A stretch of DNA of 64,000 nucleotides from Octopus vulgaris (Eukaryota), in assembly GCA_951406725.2 (NCBI GenBank), contig OX597836.1, forward strand, positions 42,718,001 through 42,782,000, read 5' to 3'. Each line of letters begins with the position of its first letter. The stretch's first letter is position 1. Positions 1 through 11,000 of the stretch are shown piece after piece. A program made the position numbers and the translations under genes. Below the pieces are notes generated by a model that saw only the letters and a program-made list of their open reading frames with translations, was not told where the DNA came from and made no database searches.

Positions 1-23
1 GATGTCTAGAGAACTCACATGTA

Positions 24-114
24 TTTTAGCTGATGAGTACGGGACACGTTTATATGCTGTAATTTTTGCAACTTTTAATAAAACCTGTCCTTGTATGAAA
101 CGATTGTACTAAAA
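24..114 (+). ncRNA. Minimal type I hammerhead ribozyme motif with long stem II
   Basis: Order is TTTTAG (stem I 5', 24-29), CTGATGA (30-36), about 15-bp stem II (GTACGGGACA..TGTCCTTGTAT), GAAAC (97-101), GATT, GTA (106-108), CTAAAA (stem I 3', 109-114). All core nucleotides present in type I order. Confidence 0.7.
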
Positions 115-164
115 ACCTATCCATTCTTGTTGCTTCATTCTCGCGTATATATATATATATATAT

Positions 165-465
165 AACACTAGGGTAATAAGAATTATAGGAATTATTATT
201 ACCAGTGGCCTAGCACAGAAAAGAATTAGTCAATAGACTATATATTATTCACATAAAAATATCGTGTACATTAAAACACATTAAGAGGCTTCCAAATAGG
301 AAAGCCTTGTGCTAGAAAGAGCAGTAGAAAACTCAAACCACTAACTAGGGATAAATTCTTGAAAGGAATGAAAATTAAAAACGTCTACCATTTCTACTGC
401 TCTTTCTAGCACAAGGCTTTCCTATTTGGAAACCTCTTAATGTATTTTAATGTACACAATATTTT

Positions 466-470
<5 letters not shown>
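165..470. mobile_element. (TA)n-flanked fold-back element
   Basis: 80-bp inverted arms at 251-330 and 391-470 with few mismatches and a 60-nt spacer. (TA)n on both sides. Shares ACCAGTGGCCTAGCA with 41638-41652. Confidence 0.65.
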
Positions 471-518
<48 letters not shown>

Positions 519-569
519 GTGTCAAGATGACCTGTACCCCACAGCAGAAGTGTTAAGACTGAAACTTCT

Positions 570-914
570 GGTTGTGTAAAGCACCCATATTGATGCCATG
601 TAAAAGTATCCATGTGGCGACATGTAGAAGCACCTGTGTGGCGTCACAAAAAAGCCTCCAAGCAGTGTCACATAGAAGTTCTTGTGTGGTGGCATGTAAA
701 AATGCCCATGTGGTGCTCATGTGGTCCCATGTAAAAGGATCCTGCACACTTTGTAAAGTGGTTGGCATTAGGAAGGGCATCCAGCCACAGAAACCATGCC
801 GAATTAGACTAGGGTCTCGTACAGCTACCCAGCCTGCCAGCTCTGGTTGCATCATCCAACCTATGCCAGGAGAGACAATGGACGTAATATGGTGATGATG
901 ATGATGATGATGAT
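570..914 (+). mobile_element. Non-LTR (SINE-like) element with (GAT)n tail, diverged copy
   Basis: GTGGTTGGCATTAGGAAGGGCATCCAGCC...CATCCAACCTATGCCAG...GGACGT followed by (GAT)n. Homologous to 1389-2232 (-) and 12282-12642 (+). Confidence 0.7.
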
Positions 915-1090
915 GGTAATGGAAATTTTTTTTTCTATTCTTTTTGTATTTTTTGACTTCAGTTTTAAATTTCTGATCCTGCCACATGTGTGAGGAGATA
1001 GTTACCTCCCTTTGCATTAACTGCCATCCAGAGGTCACCACATGTGTCTTCAGACATTTTTACCTGATATTTCATTTTCTCTTTCCACAG

Positions 1091-1234
1091 AAGGCTCACA
1101 GAATGACGAAGCGTTCATTTTTTATAATGCTTCTCTAAGGGAAAGAATGAAAGTTGCTCCAATAAATCCCAGATTATCTGTCGTGGCGAATTGTAATGTA
1201 GCAAAATTAATGTCTCGTGATCGTGGAAACCATG
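1091..1234 (+). CDS. Internal coding exon A of a TPR-like repeat protein
   Basis: Pyrimidine tract ending ttccacAG and donor GTAAGT. 144 nt, phase 1/1. Encodes (E)GSQNDEAFIFYNASLRERMKVAPINPRLSVVANCNVAKLMSRDRGNH and joins in frame to exon 6202. Confidence 0.8.
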
Positions 1235-1272
1235 GTAAGTATTCTTTTGTCAAGTCTTACTTCTAAAATCTA

Positions 1273-2812
1273 TGAGGTGAGTGTTGAAAAGTTCCTGGCT
1301 TTAAAGATATTGCAAAAGGCCTTGCATGTTGGATCAACTTTCTAAATTCTTTTACAGGGTTTAGAAAAAACTGAAGGACTGCCGCAATCATCATCATCAT
1401 CATCATCATCATCGTCATCGTTTAACGTCTGCTTTCCATGCTAGCATGGGTTGGACGGTTTGACTGTGGGCTGTCGAACCAGATGGCTGCACCAGGCTCC
1501 AGTCTTGATCTGGCAGAGTTTCTACAGCTGGATGCCCTTCCTAACACCAACCACTCCGAGAGTGTAGTGGGTGCTTTTACATGTCACCGGCATGGGGCCC
1601 AGTCAAGCAGTACTGGCAGCGACCTCGCTCGAATTTTTTCCACATGCCAACAGCACAGGTGCCAGTAAGGTGATGCACAGGTGCCAGTAAGGTGCCTCCT
1701 ACATGGCACCGGCACGGAAGCCAGTTAGCTGCTCTGGCAACGATCATACTCAAATGGTGCTCGTAGCACCCTACTAGCATGGGGCACAAGTGCCAGTAAG
1801 GTGAAGCTGGTAACGATCTCACTCAAATGGTGCCTCCTACATTCCACTGGCACAGAAGCCAGTTAGCTGCTCTAGCAACGATCATGCTCGGATGGTGCTC
1901 GTAGCACCCTACTAGCATGGGGCACAAGTGCCAGTAAGGTGAAGCTGGTAACGTTCTCACTCGAATGGTGCCTCCTACATGGCACCGGCACAGAAGCCAG
2001 TTAGCTGCTCTAGCAACGATCATACTCAGATGGTGCTCGTAGCACCCTACTAGCATGGGGCACAAGTGCCAGTAAGGTGAAGCTGGCAATGATCACACTC
2101 AAATGGTGCCTTTTATGTGCCACTGGCACAGAAGCCAGTTAGCTGCTCTGTCAACGATCATGCTTGTAGAGTGCTCGTGCCCGTCATCGAATTTCACTTT
2201 GATTTTAATTTTGATTTCACTTGCCTCAACAACAAGTGTGTAAAACAGAGGGGAATATGTTGAGTAAAATCATAACTGATCCTCCTGTATTTTCTTTTAC
2301 CAAAAGCCAGGATCTTTTCAACACCCTCTCATACATATATAATCACATTCTTTTTGAGGGGGTGCTGAAAAGTCCTTAGCCTTAAGGATATTGAGAAAGG
2401 CATGGTTGGAGGCCCAACCTCCTGAGTTCTTTTACAGGGGTTAGAAAAACTGAAGGACCTCTGCAATAAGTATGTGAATCTGAGAGGGGAATATGTTGGC
2501 TAAAATCATAATTTTCTGATCCTCCTCTATTTTCTTTTGCCCAAAAGCCTGGATCTTTTCAACACCCTCTCATACATATATAATCACATGCTTTTTGAGG
2601 GGGTGCTGAAAAGTCCTTGGCATTAAGGATATTCAGAAAGGCCTGTTTGGAGGCCCAACCTCCTGAGTTCTTTTACAGGGGTTAGAAAAACTGAAGGACC
2701 ACAGCAATAAGTGTGTGAATCTGAGAGGGGAATATATTGAATAAAATCATAATTTTCTGATCCTCCTGTATTTTCTTTTACGAAAAGCCTGGAACTTTTC
2801 AGCACCTCCTCA
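1273..2812 (+). mobile_element. Three tandem mariner-derived MITEs (1273-2331 interrupted, 2355-2572, 2596-2812)
   Basis: TIRs GAGGGGGTGCTGAAAAGTCC / GGAtCTTTTCAACACCCTCTC. TA flanks on copy 1. The interior retains a mariner C-terminal motif (..EKLKD..NKCVNLRGEY.E*). Confidence 0.8.
1389..2232 (-). mobile_element. (GAT)n-tailed SINE-like element with internal 138-bp tandem repeats, inserted in MITE copy 1
   Basis: (CAT)n at 1389-1420 on the + strand. Units start at 1692, 1830, 1968 and 2106 (138-bp period). MITE sequence resumes at about 2233. Confidence 0.8.
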
Positions 2813-2981
2813 AATTTTTAGTACAAGCCCTCAGGCATTCAGTCTGCTAGAAATAACAGGAGAATCTCATTGAACTCATGCTTAGGAGCAAACATAATTG
2901 CGTAGTGCGTGGTTAAGAGATGTTTACTTCTCAATCATGTGGTTTTGGGGTCTATCTCACTTTGGGGTACTTTATACTGGA

Positions 2982-3366
2982 TGGAAGCACTCCGTCGGTT
3001 ACGACGATGAGGGTTCCGGTTGATCTAAATCAACGGAACAGCCTGCTCGTGAAATTAACATGTAAGTGGCTGAGCACTCCTCAGACACGTGTACCCTTAA
3101 CGTAGTTCTCGGGGATATTCAGCATGACACAGAGAGTGACAAGGCCGGCCCTTTGAAATACAGGTACAGCAGAAACAGGAAGTAAGAGTGAGAGAAAGTT
3201 GTGGTGAAAGAGTACAGCAGGGATCACCACCATCCCCTGCCGGAGTATTGTGGAGCTTTTAGGTGTTTTCGCTCAATAAACACTCACAACGCCCGGTCTG
3301 GGAATCGAAACTGCGATCCTACGACCGCGAGTCCGCTGCCCTAACCACTGGGCCATTGCGCCTCCA
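2982..3366 (-). mobile_element. tRNA-derived SINE family B, full length
   Basis: Head GGAGGCGCAATGGCCCAGTGGTTAGGGCAGCGGACTCGCGG..GTTTCGATTCCC (A/B boxes) on the - strand. Near-identical to 33972-34355 and 49021-49400. Confidence 0.9.
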
Positions 3367-3561
3367 CAATTTAAATATATAGTTACTCACACTCATACAT
3401 ACACAAATACAGATATATATATATATATACACGCATACATACTTATTCACAGACCACACACACATACAAGCCTGTATATGTATGTGCATACGTACATATA
3501 TACACAAACACGCATGCAAGCATGCATATATATATGCATACATACATACATGTACATGCAC

Positions 3562-4075
3562 ATTGTGGCCTCAGAATCTCCTGCAACTCTTCTGGATGGT
3601 CTCCTTGTTTAAGTTGGTGAATGCTGCCATAATCCTTGCCTTCAGTTCATCTTTGGCATTACAAGGAATTTTGTTGGTCTCTTGCTTAACTGTGCCCCAC
3701 ACATAATAATCAAAGGGGTTGTAATCTGGGGAGCTATTTAGCTAGATGTTAGGGGTAGTGTGGTCGCAGAAATTGTCTGACAGCCATGACAGGGTTCTCC
3801 TTCTTGTGTGACATGGCACAGAGTCCTGTTGCCAGACACAAGGTCTTCCAGTAGTCACCCTCTTGACCCAGGGCAGCACTACCTCTTCCAGGAACTTGAT
3901 GATGTAGGCTTCTCTGTTGAGTCTGAAGCTGTGTGGGAAGATGAATGGAGGCACAACGTCAACATCGCTGGTGATCACTCTAAACACTATGATGTTGACT
4001 GGATGTTTGATTATCGTAACCCTCGGTACATGTTTTGAGGAAATGGCAAGCCGATGGTTGTTCTGTCAGATGAGT
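3562..4075 (-). pseudogene. Tc1/mariner superfamily transposase relic, DD37D (maT) type
   Basis: Minus-strand translation ..VWQQDSVPCH..PNI*LNSSPDYNPFDYYVWGTVKQETN.. with 37 residues between the second and third catalytic Asp. In-frame stops and a frameshift. Confidence 0.85.
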
Positions 4076-4111
4076 GAAACAAGCAAATATTTAAAGAATA
4101 TATGTAATATA

Positions 4112-4556
4112 TACTCTTTTACTCTCTCTCTTTTACTCTTACTTGTTTCAGTCATTTGACTGCGGCCATGCTGGAGCACCGCCTTTAGTCGAGCAAATCG
4201 ACCCTGGGACTTATTCTTTGTAAGCCCAGTACTTATTCTATCGGTCTCTTTTTGCCGAACCGCTAAGTTACGGGGACATAAACACACCAGCATTGGTTGT
4301 CAAGCGATGGTGGGGGGACAAACACAGACACACAAACATATACACACATACATACATATATATATACATATATACGACAGGCTTCTTTCAGTTTCCGTTT
4401 ACCAAATCTACTCACAAGGCATTGGTCGGCCCAGGGGTATAGCAGAAGACACCTGCCCAAGATGCCACGCAGTGGGACTAAACTCGGAACCATGTGGTTG
4501 GTAAGCAAGCTACTTACCACGCAGCCACTCCTGTGCCTATAGCCACTCCTGCGCCT
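4112..4556 (-). mobile_element. tRNA-derived SINE family A (internal microsatellite, AAAGAGT tail)
   Basis: Head GGCGCAGGAGTGGCTGTGTGGTAAG..GGTTCAGTCCC, central (TA)n(TG)n, tail GGCGGTGCTCCAGCATGGCCGCAGTCAAATGACTGAAACAAGTAAAAGAGT. About 25 copies in the window. Confidence 0.9.
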
Positions 4557-4580
4557 ATATATATATATATATATATATAT

Positions 4581-4836
4581 GTGGAAGCACTTTTCTTAGT
4601 GGTTTGGCTGTCAGCATCATGATCGTAAGGTTGTGGTTTCGATTCCTGGACCGGGCGACGCGTTGTGTTCTTGAGCAAAGCACTTCATTTCACGTTGCTC
4701 TAGTTCACTCAGCTGGCAAAAAATGAGTAACGCTGCGACGGACTGGCGTCCCTTCCATCTGGGGAACACATACGCCATTGAAACCGGGAGACGGGGCCCA
4801 TGAGCCTGGCTAGGTTTTGAAAGGACGCATTTATTT
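4581..4836 (+). mobile_element. tRNA-derived SINE family C
   Basis: GGTTTCGATTCC B box, then TGTGTTCTTGAGCAAAGCACTT..CACTCAGCTGGCAAAAAATGAGTA..GGACTGGCGTCCC. Homologous to 20147-20652. Confidence 0.8.
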
Positions 4837-4945
4837 GTTTTATATATATATAGTTGAAAAGGGGTTAATAATTCATACAAATCAAAAGTTATAGTTAAAA
4901 AGTAAAGGGAGAAACAACAGATGAGTATCCTTCTTTTTCTTCTCT

Positions 4946-5330
4946 TTTCTTTTATTTGTTTCAGTCATTTTACTGTGGCCATGCTGGAGCACCATTCTTA
5001 GTCGGGGAAATCGATACCCGTACTTATTTTTTGTAAGCCTAGTACTTATTCTATCGGTCTCTCTTGCCAAACTGCTAAGTGACGGGGACGTAATCACACC
5101 AGCATCGGTAGTCAAGCGATGTTGGGCGGGGGACAAACACAGACACACACACATATATATACAAATATACGACGGGCTTCTTTCAGTTTCCGTCTACCAA
5201 ATCCACTCACAAGGCTTTGGTTGGCCCGAGGCTATAGTAGAAGACACTTGCCCAAGGTGCCACGCAGTGGGACTGAACCGGGAACCATGTGGTTGGTAAG
5301 CAAGCTACTTACCACACAGCCACTCCCTCG
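4946..5330 (-). mobile_element. SINE family A copy
   Basis: Colinear similarity to the family A consensus. Confidence 0.85.
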
Positions 5331-5426
5331 TCTTTTTATATATAAAAAATTTTGCTAATAATAATAAATCTCTGAGCGTGGTATAAATAGTAGCTGCAAC
5401 TCATCGTGAAGTATATTTGCCATTTA

Positions 5427-5545
5427 AATATGGCTAACCCGTAAGGGTGGATGCTACTGTAGCTTGTAGCCCCTGGAGGACACCTCCTCCTGCTGGCTAT
5501 AGACACACTTTCTGGCCTATCAGTATTTGCAAAGGGAAGTCATCG
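5427..5545. repeat. Dispersed structured repeat (second copy 46288-46410)
   Basis: AATATGGCTAACC..GGGTGG..TACTGTAGCTT..TAGCCCC..GGAG..CTCC..GCTGGCT.TAGACACA..ATTTGCAAAGGGA.GTCATC occurs in both places. Confidence 0.6.
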
Positions 5546-5703
5546 TTCCTGTCTTCAACATATGATACACACTAATAATATTACTAAGTCAAAGATGCTA
5601 TCCGTATATGCATTTTTTTTCAGTCTGAACAGAAAGAACTGTGGGTCAAGTTTCATATTGCGAACATGTATGCTCTTTTCATACAGCAAATCTAAGAAGA
5701 TTT

Positions 5704-6141
5704 GCACAGGAGTGGCTATGTGGTAAGTAGCTTGCTAACCAACCACATGGTTCCGGGTTCAGTCCCGCTGCGTGGCATCTTGGGCAAGTGTCTTCTGCTA
5801 TAGCCCCGGGCCGACCAATGCCTTGTGAGTGGATTTGGTAGACGGAAACTGAAAGAAGCTTGTCGTATATATGTATATATATATATATATTGTGTGTGTG
5901 TGTATGTGTATGTGTTTGTGTGTCTGTGTTTGTCCCCCTAGCATTGCTTGACAACCGAAGCTGGTGTGTTTACGTCCCCGTCACTTAGCGGTTCGGCAAA
6001 AAGAGACCGATAGAATAAGTACCGGGCTTACAAAGAATAAGTGCCGGGGGTCGATTTGCTCGACTAAAGGCGGTGCTCCAGCATGGCCGCAGTCAAATGA
6101 CTGAAACAAGTAAAAGAGTAAAGAGTAAAGAGTAAAGAGTA
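5704..6141 (+). mobile_element. SINE family A, full length
   Basis: A/B box head, central microsatellite, (AAAGAGT)4 tail. Confidence 0.9.
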
Positions 6142-6201
6142 AGGCCTTTTTATTTTATCTATATTTTTTTTGTTTGTTTGTCATTCTTATTTTCCTTCCA
6201 G

Positions 6202-6313
6202 AAACCGCACTGAGATTCCTCTCGAAATCGAAAGCCATTCTAAAGAAACAAAGTTGGCACCATCTGATTACTTCTGAACTGTTGAACCAGACTGGTCAAG
6301 TGTATTTGAGGAT
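6202..6313 (+). CDS. Internal coding exon B of the TPR-like protein
   Basis: tttccttccAG acceptor and GTAAGT donor. Phase 1 to 2. Encodes ETALRFLSKSKAILKKQSWHHLITSELLNQTGQVYLR(M). Absent from the ORF track. Confidence 0.85.
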
Positions 6314-6543
6314 GTAAGTACTCTTCTTTCATTTGGTCTGTCGTATGAGTGAAGTATCTTTATTTAGCCATTGGTCAAGTTATTTGAGAATTTGTTTTTA
6401 TTTGACCAACTAAATTCTATGGTCAAGGTCAAAAGTATTTGAGAATGTGGTGATTGTATTGCGCAAATCCCATTTGAAAATGTAATTACCTTAATTAGGC
6501 CAACCACTCTAGTCAAGTGTGTTAGCTCCACTATTCTCGTAGC

Positions 6544-7140
6544 ACCACCACCACCACCACCACCACTACCATCACAACCACTACCATCACTACCATCACA
6601 ACCACTACCATCACTACCATCACAACCACTACCATCACTACCATCACAACCACTACCACCACTACCATCACAACCACTACCATCACTACCATCACAACCA
6701 CTACCACCACTACCATCACAACCACTACCATCACTACCATCACAACCACTACCACCACTACCATCACAACCACTACCATCACTACCACCACCACCACTAC
6801 CATCACAACCACTACCATCACTACCATCACAACCACTACCACCACTACCATCACAACCACTACCATCACAACCACTACCACCACTACCATCACAACCACT
6901 ACCATCACTACCATCACAACCACTACCATCACTACCATCACAACCACTACCATCACTACCATCACAACCACTACCACCACTACCATCACAACCACTACCA
7001 CCACTACCATCACAACCACTACCACCACTACCATCACAACCACTACCACCACTACCATCACAACCACTACCACCACTACCATCACAACCACTACCACCAC
7101 TACCATCACAACCACTACCACCACTACCATCACAACCACA
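6544..7140. repeat. 21-bp minisatellite built from CAC/TAC/CAT/AAC triplets
   Basis: Repeating ACCACTACCAYCACTACCATCACA-type unit. Source of the GCDGSGGS pseudo-ORF. Confidence 0.9.
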
Positions 7141-7199
7141 CATGACTATCACTGCTACTCACTCAATACCAGCAAACATTAAGTGCTACATGCTGTTGC

Positions 7200-7361
7200 T
7201 GCTGCTGCTACTATTTCTACTACTACTACTACTACTAGTACACCATCACTACTGCTACTACTACTACTATTACTACTACTGCTGCAGCTGCTAGTACTAC
7301 TAGTATAATACCACTGCTGTTACTACTACTACTACCACCAGCAGCAGATGCAGCACTAGCG

Positions 7362-7413
<52 letters not shown>

Positions 7414-7462
7414 CACCACTACTACCACCACCACCACCACTACCACCACCACCACCACTACC

Positions 7463-7493
<31 letters not shown>

Positions 7494-7534
7494 ATACTAC
7501 CACCACCACCACTACCACCACCACCACTACCACC

Positions 7535-7581
<47 letters not shown>

Positions 7582-7660
7582 CACCACTACCACCACCACC
7601 ACCACTACTACTACTACCACCACCACCACCACCACTACTACCACCACCACTACTACCACC

Positions 7661-7701
<41 letters not shown>

Positions 7702-7765
7702 CACCACCACCACCACTACTACTACTACCACCACCACCACCACTACTACCACCACCACTACTACC

Positions 7766-7821
<56 letters not shown>

Positions 7822-7822
7822 A
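7200..7822. repeat. (TAC)n/(CAC)n compound microsatellite
   Basis: Read directly from the sequence. Confidence 0.95.
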
Positions 7823-8168
7823 GCTGCTGCTAACAATATCAGTGCCAAAAAAGCTGACAACGAGGTCTCACTGCACTTGCCTACAAAAAATAGCAGCCAA
7901 ATCGCCTTCCAGACACATTTTTTATCATCACCATCATCACCATCATTATCATTATCGTCATGATCATATCATTATCATCATCTTCATTGTCACATGCTAT
8001 CACATACGCACGCACGCACACCTTCATTTTGGGATCACCACTACTTTATTATCTCCCCTTCTTCCTAGCTCTCCTGTCTGACCACCTCCTTCTGGCCATC
8101 GCCATGATTGACCGCTAGCTACTAAAGCTTTCTTTTTTTATTCTCCCTCTTTCTATTTCCTCGTGTTC

Positions 8169-8204
8169 CTTTCTGCTGAAGAGCGTAGGCTCAAAACATA
8201 AAAG
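8169..8204 (+). ncRNA. Degenerate minimal hammerhead motif in a dispersed repeat (about 8090-8265)
   Basis: CTTT-CTGCTGA-A-GAGCGTAGGCTC-AAAAC-ATA-AAAG. Homologous to the better-preserved 18029-18064. Confidence 0.45.
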
Positions 8205-8399
8205 ACTTTCTCACCTTCCCAAGCGTTAAACTATTACACCTGCTTGTCGTTTACACACCTGTCTCAGCAGTACCACTGCTACCACTACCACTATCACTGT
8301 TGACATCATCATCATCACCACCACCACCGCCACCATCACTATTACTACTATGACCATCAAAATCCCTACTATTACCTATTTCTTTACTACTCACAAGGG

Positions 8400-9050
8400 G
8401 CTACATCACCACAACTGCGACCACAACCACAACCACCACCACCGCCTCCACTACCATCTCTATCACCATCACCACAACTGCGACCATGACCACCACCACC
8501 ACCACCACCACCACAACGACAACCACCACCACTGCCTCTACTACCATCTCTATCACCATCACCACAACTGCAACCATGACGACGACCACCACCACTGCCT
8601 CCACTACCATCTCTATCACCATCACCACAACTACCACCATGACCACCACCAAAACCACCACCACCACTGCCTCCACCACCACGACCACCAAAACCACCAC
8701 CACTGCCTCCACTACCATCTCTATCACCATCACCACAACTGCGACCATGACCACCACCACCACCACAACCACCACCACCGCCTCCACTACCATCTCTATC
8801 ACCATCACCACAACTACCACCATGACCACCACCAAAACCACCACCACCACTACCACCACCACCACCACCACGACCACCACCACTGCCTCCACTACCATCT
8901 CTATCACCATCACCACAACTGCGACCATGACCACCACCACCACCACCACCACCACCACAACCACCACCACTGCCTCCACTACCATCTCTATCACCATCAC
9001 CACAACTGCCACCACAGCGACCACCACCACCACCACCACCAACACCATCA
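8400..9050. repeat. (CAC)n-based minisatellite with recurring GCCTCCACTACCATCTCTATCACCATCACCACAACT unit
   Basis: About 7 imperfect units. Intronic, immediately 5' of exon C. Confidence 0.9.
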
Positions 9051-9102
9051 ACCCCCACCTCTATGCTCTGCTATTTATTAACCTTATCTTATCGTATTAC
9101 AG

Positions 9103-9367
9103 GCATGACATGAGCAATGCTCTACAAGCATTCCTGGAGTCGTTGTACATCTACAACAAGATCGATCCCAACAATAGTGCCAAAATCGAGGTTCTTAACA
9201 TCGTTGCCCACTGCAGTCTTCTTCAAGAGTCATTCGATAATGCCAGGGAATATTTCCAGGATGTTCTGCAAGTCAACCCCAAAGCAACTATGAGCTGTGT
9301 CCTAGAAGTTGAAGGTTACGCAATAGCTATGGAACATCTGGTCTACCTTAGTTTTGAGAATTGTGAG
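9103..9367 (+). CDS. Internal coding exon C of the TPR-like protein
   Basis: tattacAG acceptor and GAG|GTATGG donor. Phase 2 to 0. HDMSNALQAFLESLYIYNKIDPNNSAKIEVLNIVAHCSLLQESFDNAREYFQDVLQVNPKAT.. shows the TPR pattern (A..F..SL, A..YF...L..NP). Confidence 0.85.
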
Positions 9368-9758
9368 GTATGGAAAATCACTGGGCTTTGTTGTTTGTTG
9401 TTTGCTTCAATAGTTGTTGTAGTTGTTATTGCTGATAATATCACTTCTATATATATATATATAAGCATTAAAAATGCAATTGGTTAAACCGCACTGGTAT
9501 TTTACGCTCGTGTTGGTCTAATAAATTGTATTTAAGACAAACCTCTGCTGATGATTTATAGATGTCTATGTAAGTAAAATTGCATTTACTTTAGTAATGA
9601 AACAATTGTTCAGGGTCAATCTATTTATTCGTTATATTTCACTTTCCTTCCGTTAAATGTAATGTTATTTCTAATTGGAAACATCGTTTCTGTGGCTATA
9701 CTATCGGAGCTATTTTTAGCACTAGAGCTATCCACATTGTGGTAACTCTCTAATAATT

Positions 9759-9801
<43 letters not shown>

Positions 9802-9828
9802 ATATGTGTATATGTATATGTGTATGTG

Positions 9829-9882
<54 letters not shown>

Positions 9883-10393
9883 TGCAGACATGGCTGTGTG
9901 GTAAGAAGCTTGCTTTCTAACCCCATGGTTCTAGGTTCAGTCCCACTGCTGGAACTTTGGGGCAAGTGTCATTTATTATAGCTGTGGGCTGACTAAATTT
10001 TGTGAGTGGATTTGGTAGATGGAAACTGAAAGAAGCTCATTGGTGGTATCTCTTAGATACCCTAAATTATAATTTTAATAATAATGATTACCTTTGAAGG
10101 TTTTTATTCGCATGCTGGCCACCTGATAAGATTGGTATTTAAATTTATATAAATTTATATATTTATTTAGTCATTATATTCACTGCGGTGGTATTTAGGC
10201 CATGTCGCACGAGGAGTTTTAGGCGGGCAATTTAAACTGGTCGTGTGCATACGTGCATATATATGTATGTATACATTCATATATGTAAGTATATCATATA
10301 TTGTATATATATATATTTATTTGTATTTATGTGCTATCTGAGTATATTCCACTGATGAAGGCAGAGCATTTCTTATGCAGGGCCAGAAATCCA

Positions 10394-10554
10394 GCCACCT
10401 TTAGTCAAGCAAATCGACCCCAGGACTTATTCTTTGTAAGCCTAGTACTTATTCTATCGGTCTCTTTTGCCGAACCGCTAAGTTACGGGGACATAAACAC
10501 ACCTGCATCGGTTGTCAAGCAATGTTGGGAGGGGGACAAACACAGAAAACAAAT

Positions 10555-10624
<70 letters not shown>

Positions 10625-10950
10625 ATAATAATATTAGGGAGTAAATCCAAACTTACAGGGAAAAATTAGATTTAGGATTAAATCTAATTTTACAGTATAA
10701 ATATATATATATATATTAAATTAATTTTATTTCTATGTTTTGGTTTATGTTTTTCACTGTTTGATTTGCCTAATAGTAGTTTTATCTCTAATTTAATATA
10801 TATATATATACATATATACGATGGGCTTCTTTCAGTTTTCGCCTACCAAATCCACTCACAAGGCTTTGGTCAACCCAAGGCTATAGTAGAAGAATCCGGA
10901 ACCATGTGGCTGGTAAGCAAGCTACTTACCACACAGCCACTCCTGCGCCT
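10394..10950 (-). mobile_element. SINE family A copy with an AT-rich insert in its central (TA)n
   Basis: SINE halves flank insert 10621-10795, which begins TATTAGGGAG and contains the hairpin AAAATTAGATTTA/TAAATCTAATTTT. Confidence 0.75.
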
Positions 10951-11000
10951 ATGTTTGTTTATGAAATTTAATTCTTAATATTTTGTTTTTATTTTTCTAG

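Noticed and set aside
1656-2175. Regular repeats as a CRISPR-like array
   Set aside because: Units are contiguous tandem copies with no unique spacers, the context is eukaryotic, and there are no cas genes.
6364-9081. Long ORFs rich in GCDGS, poly-V, poly-H and poly-T
   Set aside because: Translations of triplet mini- and microsatellites, open in several frames on both strands. Only 9103-9367 of ORF 8486-9487 is exon-like.
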